Of a stretch of 29,427 bases of DNA, positions 1 through 7,993 are shown piece by piece. Made by a program: the position numbers and the translations under genes. The stretch covers positions 4,670 to 34,096 of the forward strand of contig JAXINV010000024.1 of NCBI GenBank assembly GCA_034190465.1, given 5' to 3'. The notes beneath the pieces are model-generated. The model did no database searches. It worked only from the letters and a program-made list of their open reading frames with translations, and had not been told where the DNA came from. The DNA comes from Candidatus Asbonarchaeum danakilense (GTDB lineage Archaea; Nanohalarchaeota; Nanosalinia; Nanosalinales; Nanoanaerosalinaceae). How positions within the stretch are numbered: the stretch's first letter is position 1; every line of letters begins with the position of its first letter.

Positions 1-77
1 ATACGGGACAACAATTTATCAGTGTCACCTCCACGGCGACCGTGAGGTTTTTGTATCGGCATACCTCGTTCCACTAC

Positions 78-581
78 ATGCACGGAACACGTCCCGCAAC
101 CGTCGCGACACTGGCCCTCGCCGTGGCCCTCGCCGGCTGCCTCGGTGGCACGGACGGGAACGCGACCCAGGTCTACACCAAACACGTGGCCAACGGGAAC
201 GTCACCGTCTGGGTCGACCACCCCGACACCTCGTTCAACATCAGCATCGACATCCGGGACGAGCTCCGGCCGAACAACCTCACCACCGAACAGCAGCGAC
301 GTGTCATCCGGCTCGCGATGCAACGCACCTGCCCCTCCTTCGCAGAGAAGATATACAACAGCTCCGCCAGCGCCGAAGAAACAGCATACTTCAGATCCGG
401 GTACACCAGCAGGACACCCAGCGGCGACGTCCTGGCACAGAACACGACACTGCCCGCGAACGTGCTGCAGGACTACACCGTCCGGAACGCCGTCACAACA
501 CTCATCGCCGGGGAGTCGTGGACCGCCACCTGCCGGATCCACAGCCCCACCAACATCTCCTACAACGTCCAACAGCGGTAG
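78..581 (+). CDS. Secreted lipoprotein, unknown function
   Basis: ATG at 78 gives MHGTRPATVATLALAVALAGC, a signal peptide with a LAGC lipobox. Many N-x-S/T sequons (NAT, NVT, NIS, NLT, NSS, NTT). T-rich TATA-like box ~48-55. Confidence 0.75.
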   Translation: MHGTRPATVATLALAVALAGCLGGTDGNATQVYTKHVANGNVTVWVDHPDTSFNISIDIRDELRPNNLTTEQQRRVIRLAMQRTCPSFAEKIYNSSASAEETAYFRSGYTSRTPSGDVLAQNTTLPANVLQDYTVRNAVTTLIAGESWTATCRIHSPTNISYNVQQR

Positions 582-583
582 GT

Positions 584-1096
584 TCAGTCATCCTCCAGCA
601 TCGACACGATCTTCTCCCTGACCGGGCTCGGCCAGGAGATCTCCGAATCCCTGCCTGTCTTCTCCTCGATGTCAAGCCGGTAGTACTCGAAATCCAGCTG
701 CGCCGAGTCCACCCCCCAGAAATACAGCGGTGCCGTACAGTGGTTGCTGAGCAGCAGCTCCCGGGCCGTCTCACGGCGTTCCTCGTCCTCCACGCGGTGG
801 AACGATCCCGAAGCGATAGCACTTCGCACCTTTGCACCGGGGGAACGGTCGTACACCGCCAGTGAGGCCCGGTGATTGTCCTCCACGTACGCCACCTTCT
901 TCGAGCCCGGGTGCATGCCGAAGATGACATAGATAACATCCTCATCCGGGTCATGCGCATAACAGACCGGGAAACCGTACGGTTCATCCTCCCTGCTGAG
1001 CGATAGCACCCCGCTCTGGTGCTCATCGAGGAACGCATCGATCTCATCCTCCTCCATCGCAACAACATCGCGGTAGTCGATACCGTCATCCGTCAT
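584..1096 (-). CDS. Pyridoxamine 5'-phosphate oxidase-like (NimA/FMN-binding split-barrel) protein
   Basis: MEEDEIDAFLDEHQSGVLSLSREDEPYGFPVCY...SKKVAYVEDNHRASLAVYD...RSAIASG matches the haloarchaeal PNPOx-like pattern. Start taken at the ATG at 1096. Confidence 0.8.
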   Translation of the reverse strand: MTDDGIDYRDVVAMEEDEIDAFLDEHQSGVLSLSREDEPYGFPVCYAHDPDEDVIYVIFGMHPGSKKVAYVEDNHRASLAVYDRSPGAKVRSAIASGSFHRVEDEERRETARELLLSNHCTAPLYFWGVDSAQLDFEYYRLDIEEKTGRDSEISWPSPVREKIVSMLEDD

Positions 1097-1142
1097 CGTC
1101 CTCTGTTTCAGAAGCCAGACTTTTGAATCCTCCGGGGCGGTC

Positions 1143-1170
1143 ACGGCCTCGTCCCCCGATACGGGGCCGT
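1143..1170. terminator. Intergenic hairpin, possible terminator or processing site
   Basis: ACGGCCTCGT-ccccccgat-type loop-ACGGGGCCGT: 10-bp stem with one G-U pair, just downstream of the HD gene stop. Confidence 0.3.
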
Positions 1171-1174
1171 CATG

Positions 1175-1780
1175 TCAGCCGTCCCGCAGCTCGCGGAACC
1201 GTTCCCTGTACAGCATCCCGGATCGGTCGCTGTCCTCCTCCCAGTCCCGCTCCTTCCACCAGGACGTGGCCTCAAACAGTTCCGCCGCTCGATCCAGATC
1301 CCAGCCAGGGAAACGCTCCACCGTCGTCTCCACAACACCATCAGTGCCGAGCACACGCATCTCGATCAGGGCGACCGCCGTGTCCGCCTGCTTCACCCGA
1401 TCCTCAACCGTTGCATCCGGCAGCTCCAGGCCGAGCGCTTCGTAGATCGCTGTGAGCACCCGGTCCTCATGGTCGGCCAGCGTCGCCTCGAACGACGGAT
1501 CGATGTTCTTCGTCGGTCTGGGGACATCACCGAGATACGCCTCCGCGGCGTCGTGCAGCAGTCCGTGAAGCTGCGTCGATCTATCATAGCCCTGCTCCGC
1601 CAGATGGTACGCGACATAGCAGCAGTGCTGGGCGACGCTCTCGTCCGATCCGACATACCTCGTGATCTGTGACAGGTTGCCAACCACGTCATCGAACGAC
1701 ACCGCAGCCGGGTCCGGGTCGGCGAGGTCCAGCTCGTTGCCGGAACGGAGCACCGTGAACATTGTCTCGTCGTAGCCCAT
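1175..1780 (-). CDS. HD-domain phosphohydrolase, YfdR/YfbR-like 5'-deoxynucleotidase
   Basis: SGNELDLADPDPAAVSFDDVVGNLSQITRY...SVAQH...GLLHDAAEAYLGDVPRPTK...VKQAD is the YfdR-type signature. Start uncertain (1807, 1780 or 1762). Confidence 0.85.
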   Translation of the reverse strand: MGYDETMFTVLRSGNELDLADPDPAAVSFDDVVGNLSQITRYVGSDESVAQHCCYVAYHLAEQGYDRSTQLHGLLHDAAEAYLGDVPRPTKNIDPSFEATLADHEDRVLTAIYEALGLELPDATVEDRVKQADTAVALIEMRVLGTDGVVETTVERFPGWDLDRAAELFEATSWWKERDWEEDSDRSGMLYRERFRELRDG

Positions 1781-1854
1781 CCTGGGATCAGTTACCGGGA
1801 CCGACATTTATGGCAGTCACGGTCCAGGTCAGTGCAGCACCCCGTACCCCCGTA

Positions 1855-2136
1855 TCACAGGAACGGGATGATCTGCGTCAGGAACCCGAGGAAACCGTTC
1901 AACAGGCCTTCCGGCGGTCCACGCGTCTTATTGGTCTTCCGCTCCGTCTCGTTTCCCGGGACCGGAGGCGCGCCGATCGACGTGTTGGAACCGCTACCTT
2001 GGCCTGGTATCGGCGGGGCACTGATCGTGCCATCGGTCGTCTCGTTCCCTCCTTCATCCGGGACAGGGGGCGCTGACACCGCTGCCGTAGGCGCCGCAAG
2101 CAACACCAACGCCGCAAGGAGGACCGTCACACGCAT
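1855..2136 (-). CDS. Small secreted Pro/Gly-rich protein with C-terminal amphipathic/hydrophobic tail
   Basis: Signal peptide MRVTVLLAALVLLAAPTAA, three APP(V/I)P repeats, tail GLLNGFLGFLTQIIPFL. Start overlaps the stop of the upstream 710-aa gene. Confidence 0.7.
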   Translation of the reverse strand: MRVTVLLAALVLLAAPTAAVSAPPVPDEGGNETTDGTISAPPIPGQGSGSNTSIGAPPVPGNETERKTNKTRGPPEGLLNGFLGFLTQIIPFL

Positions 2137-4268
2137 CAGCGGTCACCTCCCGACAGTGTGCTGTTAGTCAGGTTCTCTGATCGATCACCCTGGTCGCCTT
2201 CAGGCAGGTTCTCGAACACGCCCAGCGTACAGGCCTCAGCGACGTTGACAAAATACCCCGTCTCCGGGTCCAACTCCGCATCCAACGCATACCGCTCCCA
2301 GCCGTCACTGTACGAGAGCAGTGCCGCGCCCTGGTAGCGCCGCACATCACATTGCGCCTGCAGCTTCGCCAGCGACGTCTCCTGACGTACGCCGATCATA
2401 TTCCATCCGGCCTGGAGCCGCCAAGGACCTTCCGGCCGGCTGCCGGTGTCGATGTCGCGGCTTGTCGTCGCCTGGCCGGCCATTGGCTCTACGGCACCGT
2501 CCTGTGCAGGGCGGAAGTAGGGCGCCCGCTGGACCGTGTAGATCGCCTTGCATGTCCTGCTGCTGTAGACATAGTACCCAAGTCGGGGCTGCAACGTCCT
2601 GGCGTGATGCCAGCCGCCGCTGTACCGCCAGACCCGTTCACCGCGGTAACTGCGGAGACGGCAGTCATCGGTCAGTTCCTGTAGCGGGGTCGGTTCCTTG
2701 ACCGAGATCATGTTCCACCCCGGTTCCAGCGGGATCGTCCGGTTGACAGGTCGTGGCTCCGGCTCCCGAGGCAGGTTCGGTGGCTGCGAAACGTTGCCGA
2801 TGACGATAAACCTCCTGTTGTTCGTCTCATCCGTCTCATCGATCCTGTCAGTCGGATCAACAACAGCTCCGATCGCCGTCATCCCCGTGTCGATCCTGAA
2901 CGTGGCAGAGCCACCTGTCGACGACCGAGAAACGTTCAACAAACGGAGTGACGCGTTCCCGATCTTCGCCGTTCCACCGGGCTGCATCTCAACCCGGCGG
3001 CTGCTCGTCGTCAGAGCGATCGTCCCGCCTTCCTGCCGGGCCAGGGAGAGCGGGACACCGCCGACCCTGAGCTCGGACCTGAACCGGACCGTGACCGTCC
3101 TCGTCCCGTCAACGAACCGCGTGAACCGGTTCACGCCTTCAAGCAAGGAATGGCGTTCCTCCATGCCCGACGGAAGGTACCGGATCGTTGCCTCCGTCTG
3201 ATGGCTGGCGGTGAACGTGTACGTCACGTTATAGCCTCCTTCCACCTGCTGTGTCGTGAAACCTTTCACAGCAAGATCCTGGTCCGGTGTCTCGCGGCTG
3301 AGAACAAGGCGTTCCTCTCCTTCCACCGTATCCTGGTGCTCGCCGTCCAGGATCTCTTCCAGGTACGCCAGCGCCCTGAGATGGCTCCCAGTGTCGTATC
3401 CAGCCACGATAAGGATGTTCGTCGGGTCGGCCAGCGTCTGCAGCAGCGCAGTGTCGGGGTGGTCCATCCACTCAGCGTAGGTCCACGTCTTCCCGTGCTC
3501 GGCGAGATCGCGGACCAGCGGATTAATCGCCGGACTGCCGACAAGGACGACATCGTCGTACTGGTCGTAGATACCCGTCTGCCTGGGGCTGACCAGTTCC
3601 GCATCGAGTTCGTCCACGATCTGCCGGGCCTTCGCCGTAATATTCAGATCGGCGGCATCCGCGACAGCCACAGCATCGCCCCGACCGAGGCGCTCCGGGA
3701 GCTGGCCCAGCGTGAACATTTCTTCCGTGTCATTGGACGGCATCTCCTCGCCTCCGGTGCCGAAGGACGCCTGCTGCAGCGCGATACGCTGCGTGTGGTC
3801 GCCCATGTTGCACCAGTCCTGGCTGTGGTCTGAGACGATGACCGACAGGTTGGCAGTGCCGCTGACACCTGAGACGTTGACCGGTACCGTGACACCCTCC
3901 CAGGTCTCCTCGTCAGGGTTCTCACCGGCACTGAACCGTCTCACTTCGCGTCCGTTGAGCATGATCGCAGGTCCCGGCCCCCAGCTGTCCTTAGACGCGT
4001 CAACAGTAAGCTGGAGGACGGAGACGTTGGCAGGGACCTCGATCATCGCCCTGGCCCCCGCCGTCCCGCAGTAGCCGGTGTCGCCGGTGTTGACCGTGAC
4101 CGCCTGGTTGACCGTCACATCCACAGTATCGTTCAGCGTACATGCAGAATCAGTGGCACACGACGAGATAGGTGTACGGAACGGTCGCCAGTCCTCAGTA
4201 AGAGGAGCAGCTGTTCCGGCTGTTGTGAAGAGAAGCATCGTTGCCAGGAGGAGCATGGTCCATCGCAT
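2136..4268 (-). CDS. Multidomain secreted surface protein (S-layer-like domain, CARDB-like motif, two C-terminal 'LxxGWNMI' repeats)
   Basis: Signal peptide; DDVVLVGSPAINPLVRDL (archaeal S-layer C-terminal-like); VVDPTDRIDETDETNN (CARDB); duplicated LEPGWNMIS...GYYVYSSRTC and LQAGWNMIG...GYFVNVAEAC. Confidence 0.75.
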   Translation of the reverse strand: MRWTMLLLATMLLFTTAGTAAPLTEDWRPFRTPISSCATDSACTLNDTVDVTVNQAVTVNTGDTGYCGTAGARAMIEVPANVSVLQLTVDASKDSWGPGPAIMLNGREVRRFSAGENPDEETWEGVTVPVNVSGVSGTANLSVIVSDHSQDWCNMGDHTQRIALQQASFGTGGEEMPSNDTEEMFTLGQLPERLGRGDAVAVADAADLNITAKARQIVDELDAELVSPRQTGIYDQYDDVVLVGSPAINPLVRDLAEHGKTWTYAEWMDHPDTALLQTLADPTNILIVAGYDTGSHLRALAYLEEILDGEHQDTVEGEERLVLSRETPDQDLAVKGFTTQQVEGGYNVTYTFTASHQTEATIRYLPSGMEERHSLLEGVNRFTRFVDGTRTVTVRFRSELRVGGVPLSLARQEGGTIALTTSSRRVEMQPGGTAKIGNASLRLLNVSRSSTGGSATFRIDTGMTAIGAVVDPTDRIDETDETNNRRFIVIGNVSQPPNLPREPEPRPVNRTIPLEPGWNMISVKEPTPLQELTDDCRLRSYRGERVWRYSGGWHHARTLQPRLGYYVYSSRTCKAIYTVQRAPYFRPAQDGAVEPMAGQATTSRDIDTGSRPEGPWRLQAGWNMIGVRQETSLAKLQAQCDVRRYQGAALLSYSDGWERYALDAELDPETGYFVNVAEACTLGVFENLPEGDQGDRSENLTNSTLSGGDR

Positions 4269-4360
4269 AGTATTTTTACCGGGTAGGGAGGCAAAAAAAG
4301 TTACGGCACACGTCCCAGCCTTTATATGTCGGGAGGCGACATCCAGCCCCGGTGAACAGT

Positions 4361-4480
4361 ATGGCCGATCGAGATGACCTCTTCGACGACGGCGACCTCG
4401 ATGAGAAACTGGACGAAGTAGAACAACGTGTCAAAGAGCTGCAGGACGAAGACGACGACAGCAACCCGCTGCAGCGGTGA
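4361..4480 (+). CDS. Small acidic protein (39 aa), absent from ORF track
   Basis: MADRDDLFDDGDLDEKLDEVEQRVKELQDEDDDSNPLQR*. GGTGA SD-like motif at 4351-4355, TTTATAT box at 4321-4327, host-like acidic composition. Confidence 0.6.
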   Translation: MADRDDLFDDGDLDEKLDEVEQRVKELQDEDDDSNPLQR

Positions 4481-4511
4481 CCGTTCACAGTCACAGAGAA
4501 AGAAATCCACC

Positions 4512-4536
4512 GCGAGGGGGTAAAGAACCCCCTCGC
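4512..4536 (-). terminator. Hairpin terminator between convergent genes
   Basis: Perfect 10-bp stem GCGAGGGGGT-aaaga-ACCCCCTCGC. On the minus strand it is followed by a T-rich tract (gatttctttctct). Confidence 0.55.
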
Positions 4537-4562
4537 CCTTCACCTCACTTCTCCCGTTCCAG

Positions 4563-5129
4563 TCACACATCCGTCGGATCGAAGCCCTGGAACGATGTCG
4601 AACGTGCAAGCGCCGTCGTCCGCTCCTTCACCTCAGCGCCGAACACGTTGCTCGTGTAACTGTCCGTCTCGTTGACCAGCGTATTGGCACGTGACAGCTC
4701 ATCCTTCACCGTCGACGGGTCGACATCCTGGTCGCCGTAGTACCGGTGCTCAGAGGCCTCCAACTCGTCAGCCGCATCCGCCTGTTTCTTCGATGTCGAA
4801 GCGACCCGGAGCGTCCGCTGGAGCATGTCCGCCTCTTCGTCCAGGAACTCCTCGATCCGTTCCTCGTACAGCTCCAGCACCTCCTCCTTCTTCTCCGGCT
4901 CCTCGACCCATCCTTCAATCCTTTCAGGGTCGTAGTCGTCGCCGTACGGCAGCTGCTCGTCCTCGACGAGGCGTGACAGGTACTGTTCCTCCGCTTCCCC
5001 ACCCTCGTGCATGTACTTCATCTGGGCGTAGTCCGCGACCAGTTCAGCGTATTCCTGCGCCTGGTCCAGTGCTGTCCGTGCGTTGTACGCCGCTTCTTCC
5101 GGGCCATCAGGTTCGGCTGCGACTGACAT
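4563..5129 (-). CDS. Acidic helical hypothetical protein
   Basis: 188-aa ORF, very D/E-rich, host-like codons, GGTGA SD-like motif and AT-rich promoter upstream. Confidence 0.75.
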   Translation of the reverse strand: MSVAAEPDGPEEAAYNARTALDQAQEYAELVADYAQMKYMHEGGEAEEQYLSRLVEDEQLPYGDDYDPERIEGWVEEPEKKEEVLELYEERIEEFLDEEADMLQRTLRVASTSKKQADAADELEASEHRYYGDQDVDPSTVKDELSRANTLVNETDSYTSNVFGAEVKERTTALARSTSFQGFDPTDV

Positions 5130-5164
5130 CGGGGTTTCACCTCACCCACCATCATTCGTGGACG

Positions 5165-5260
5165 ATATTTAAAAAGTTAATCTTTATACCGGATTCATTT
5201 AACATTTGTTTGTTTACTGGAATTTCTATTTAACACGGATAGAACGAAGGTGTTTAAATG
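5165..5260. promoter_or_regulatory. AT-rich divergent promoter region
   Basis: Several TTTAAA/TTTATA boxes between divergent ORFs. Inverted repeats TTCTAT..ATAGAA (5224-5244) and ATTTAACAC..GTGTTTAAAT (5228-5259). Confidence 0.55.
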
Positions 5261-5282
5261 CTTGGAGGCTCCAGTTTCCCCC

Positions 5283-6017
5283 ATGGACGAGGACAACGGG
5301 GACAGGTCACTGGCTGAGGAAATCCTCGAACGGGCCGCCATCAGCCATGACGCAGGCAGCGACGACCAGCAGGAGAGCGAACGCCGGGTACGGCGCAACA
5401 GGACAGAACATGAGCTCGAACAGCATCTCGACAAGGACAGCAGCACAGCCCTCTGGACGATCTTCTCCCTGCACGACACCGCCTCCGTCACAGCACAGCA
5501 GCTCCCCGACGGTATCGATCTCATCCTTCAGGAGCAGAGCGGCAGGACCTCCCACTACCCGTTGACCGACCCCACCGGATTCCAGCGCGAGGAACGAGCC
5601 TTCATCCATGGAAGAGCAGAACAGCTCCACGAACTGTTCGAGGCACGGCCTGAACTGTTCCCCACACCCGACAACACCGCCGAAACACGTGTAGCCCGTG
5701 ACACCAGGCCCGGCGACACCGACCGGATCCGGCTGCAGACCCAGCTCGAGGCCAACCTCGATGCCGATGCACGGGCTGCAGTATGGACCGTGCTTGACAT
5801 AGCCCCCCATCTCGACAGCGTCACCGTCAAGGAGGTAGGAAATACGCTTGCACTCATCGGAAGACAGGAGGACCGTCAGAAATCGTACATCCTCCTCGCA
5901 GCGGACAGCACAGGGTTCGACAGCGAGGAACGGCATTACATCTCCGAACACATCGACGATATCGTCGCCCTGTACCACGAGGACCGGGAACTGTATCTTC
6001 AGGATTCAAGGATTTAA
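5283..6017 (+). CDS. Hypothetical protein made of two tandem homologous ~88-aa domains
   Basis: ATG at 5283, ~25 nt after TTTAAAT. Internal duplication LEQHLD..ALWT..SVT..TGFQREER..I..ELF versus LEANLD..AVWT..SVT..TGFDSEER..I..ELY. Confidence 0.75.
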   Translation: MDEDNGDRSLAEEILERAAISHDAGSDDQQESERRVRRNRTEHELEQHLDKDSSTALWTIFSLHDTASVTAQQLPDGIDLILQEQSGRTSHYPLTDPTGFQREERAFIHGRAEQLHELFEARPELFPTPDNTAETRVARDTRPGDTDRIRLQTQLEANLDADARAAVWTVLDIAPHLDSVTVKEVGNTLALIGRQEDRQKSYILLAADSTGFDSEERHYISEHIDDIVALYHEDRELYLQDSRI

Positions 6018-6020
6018 AAA
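6013..6020 (+). promoter_or_regulatory. TATA box of tRNA-Asn
   Basis: TTTAAAAA ~30 nt upstream of the tRNA 5' end. Confidence 0.6.
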
Positions 6021-6048
6021 ACTGCGTTGTGCGTTTCACGTTGCGCGT

Positions 6049-6152
6049 GCCGGGGTAGCTTAGTAGGTAGAGCGCCGCGCTGTTACCCGTGAGGGATCCG
6101 TCCCGACCGGACAGTCACGCGGTGGTCGCAGGTTCGAGCCCTGCCCCCGGCG
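6049..6152 (+). tRNA. tRNA-Asn (GTT) with 31-nt intron at 37/38
   Basis: Acceptor GCCGGGG/CCCCGGC plus discriminator G; D arm TAGCTTAGTAGGTAGAGC; anticodon stem CCGCG/CGCGG with loop CT-GTT-A|A; T arm GCAGG-TTCGAGC-CCTGC. No encoded CCA. Confidence 0.93.
6086..6116 (+). other. tRNA intron with canonical bulge-helix-bulge
   Basis: CTGT (positions 32-35) pairs with intron ACAG; 3-nt bulges TA^C and TC^A; outer helix CCG/CGG. Confidence 0.9.
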
Positions 6153-6220
6153 CTTCCAGATTCTTCAGATACCATCACGCACGGACAGCAGAGAAATCAG
6201 TACATGACCCTGCAGTCCGG

Positions 6221-6610
6221 TCACGGCCTGGTCAGGTAGGCCGTGTCCCTGCCCAGCAGACTGCCGTTCAGGTCGTAGAAACTCGCCTCCACCGTCAGGT
6301 TCGTCCCCACCGGCGTATGGGCCAGCGAGCAGGGGACTCCGGTCGTCGGGTGGACCGTCACGTTGTCCCGGTCGCAGACCGTCCAGCCGATGTCGTTACG
6401 TGTCACAGTGAAGGAAACTTTGCAGCGGGGCTCCGCAGCCGGGGCATGCAGGGGAGCATGCTGGATACGGTCGACAGAAGTGTTCCCACAGCTGACAAAG
6501 ACCTGCGGCGGCAGCCCACCGAACGGGGCGGCGAACGGGCGGAACAGCCAGTACCCCCCAGCAAGGAAGATCACCGCGGCGAGGATCAGCAGGGTGTGAC
6601 GGCGCTGCAT
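6221..6610 (-). CDS. Membrane-anchored extracellular hypothetical protein
   Basis: N-terminal TM (TLLILAAVIFLAGGYWLF), four Cys, N-glycosylation sequons. Confidence 0.65.
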   Translation of the reverse strand: MQRRHTLLILAAVIFLAGGYWLFRPFAAPFGGLPPQVFVSCGNTSVDRIQHAPLHAPAAEPRCKVSFTVTRNDIGWTVCDRDNVTVHPTTGVPCSLAHTPVGTNLTVEASFYDLNGSLLGRDTAYLTRP

Positions 6611-6653
6611 ACAGTTTCGTTTCGGCAGCGTCGGCCTTCAAGCTTTGGGACCG

Positions 6654-7094
6654 TCACCCCTCCAGCCATCCCCGGATCCTACCCAGCAGTGTCGGCTCCA
6701 GTTCCTTGCCGAGCTCGTACTGCAGGTAGCCTCTCACCCGTGGCCCGCCACCGGCCCTGAGCCGGAAATCACCGCCGTCCGCTTCCGGATCGTACTCGAA
6801 GCGGATAAAACCGCCGTCGTCCAGCGTGTACCGGACATCGAAGTCGTCCAGCACCACCTCGTCGTAGTCATCCCGTTCGATCTGCTCCAAATCGTGCCAC
6901 TCCTCCTCGATGCCGTACCGGTCGTGGACCTCGGCCAGAGTGTCATCACCGTGATCCATTCCAAGGCCCTCCGCCGCATCGTCCACACGTTCCAGGTACG
7001 CCGCCGCCACGCGGCTCGCTGCGTGCTCGTCCAGCTCCTCGTCGATCGACCAGACCGCCCGGTACTCCGTTCCCAGGTCCATCACAGACACCAT
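6654..7094 (-). CDS. Acidic hypothetical protein
   Basis: 146-aa D/E-rich ORF with GGAGGAG SD upstream. Confidence 0.75.
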   Translation of the reverse strand: MVSVMDLGTEYRAVWSIDEELDEHAASRVAAAYLERVDDAAEGLGMDHGDDTLAEVHDRYGIEEEWHDLEQIERDDYDEVVLDDFDVRYTLDDGGFIRFEYDPEADGGDFRLRAGGGPRVRGYLQYELGKELEPTLLGRIRGWLEG

Positions 7095-7281
7095 CTACCA
7101 GTGCTCCTCCCGCATCCTTAACTGTACCGCTCCGCGCGGCACAGGTGAACGTTCGTGAATCAGCCAGGGCGGTGCGTGGTACCGGTGAACCCTCCTAGCT
7201 CCCGTCGAGCAGCGGTGAATAACAGGTTCCGCAGCGTCCACCCCATGGTTCAAAAAAGTCGGGGAGAAGCCCGCGTGTACA

Positions 7282-7728
7282 ATGATCGACACACTACGTG
7301 ACGCGCTGGACAGGAACCAGCAGTACGGACTTCTCGGCGTTGCCGTACTCCTCGTCGCCGTCGGCTTCGGTGCAGGATACGTCCTCACAGGCGGCATGGG
7401 AGGCAGCAACCCGTCCGCAAGCACCGGCGAGATCCGGCAGACAGTGCAGAGCTACATGGACCAGCAGCTGGCACAGCAGCGGCAGCAGCTTCGTGCGGTC
7501 GCCAACCAGAGCCAGAACATCAGCATGCGTGACCTCTCCATCGATGCACAGGTCACCACGGTCGCACAGTCCAAGATCGCCGGCCTCTACCTGGTCAACG
7601 TCTCCGTCACCGGGACCGTCCCCAGCAGACTGGGCGGCCTCCGCGACATCAGCCAGGTCCAGACCCTGTACGTCTCAGGCGACGGCAGCTACCTGTTCCA
7701 GCAGCCCACACAGCTCACAGCACAGTGA
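7282..7728 (+). CDS. Membrane-anchored protein with DsbC N-terminal-like domain
   Basis: TM helix, then SKIAGLYLVNVSV...QTLYVSGDGSYLF, resembling the DsbC/DsbG N-terminal motif (GLYEV..YVSxDGxYLF). No CxxC domain. Confidence 0.6.
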   Translation: MIDTLRDALDRNQQYGLLGVAVLLVAVGFGAGYVLTGGMGGSNPSASTGEIRQTVQSYMDQQLAQQRQQLRAVANQSQNISMRDLSIDAQVTTVAQSKIAGLYLVNVSVTGTVPSRLGGLRDISQVQTLYVSGDGSYLFQQPTQLTAQ

Positions 7729-7820
7729 CCCCGTGAGCATCCCGTCCGGACAGCACCACGGACAGCGGCAGCGGTACCGCCATCCGCGCGTTTAAATCAG
7801 TGAGGATACAGTGTCCCCGC

Positions 7821-7976
7821 ATGGGACGCGCCGCACGGTACCGGCGGACCGCCGTCGTCAACGTCCTCGGCAACCTCGGGAAACTCCTCCTCGAGGGCTG
7901 GCTGGGCCTGATCTTCAGCAGCACCGCGCTCCTGGCGGACGCCGTCGACTCTGTCGCAGACCTTCTCACAGCGTGA
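7821..7976 (+). pseudogene. Truncated cation diffusion facilitator (FieF/CDF) N-terminus
   Basis: MGRAARYRRTAVVNVLGNLGKLLLEGWLGLIFSSTALLADAVDSVADLLTA* corresponds to CDF TM1-TM2 with the S-x-ALLADAxxSxxD motif. Stops after 51 aa. TTTAAAT box at 7791-7797. Confidence 0.75.
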
Positions 7977-7993
7977 AACAGTCGATCAACAAG

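Noticed and set aside
6089..6760. 223-aa + strand ORF
   Set aside because: It starts inside the tRNA intron and is antisense to better-supported genes.
7095..7281. Recurring GGTGAA hexamers and a 28-codon minus-strand ORF in the intergenic gap
   Set aside because: Short and irregularly spaced, with no convincing structure or coding signal.
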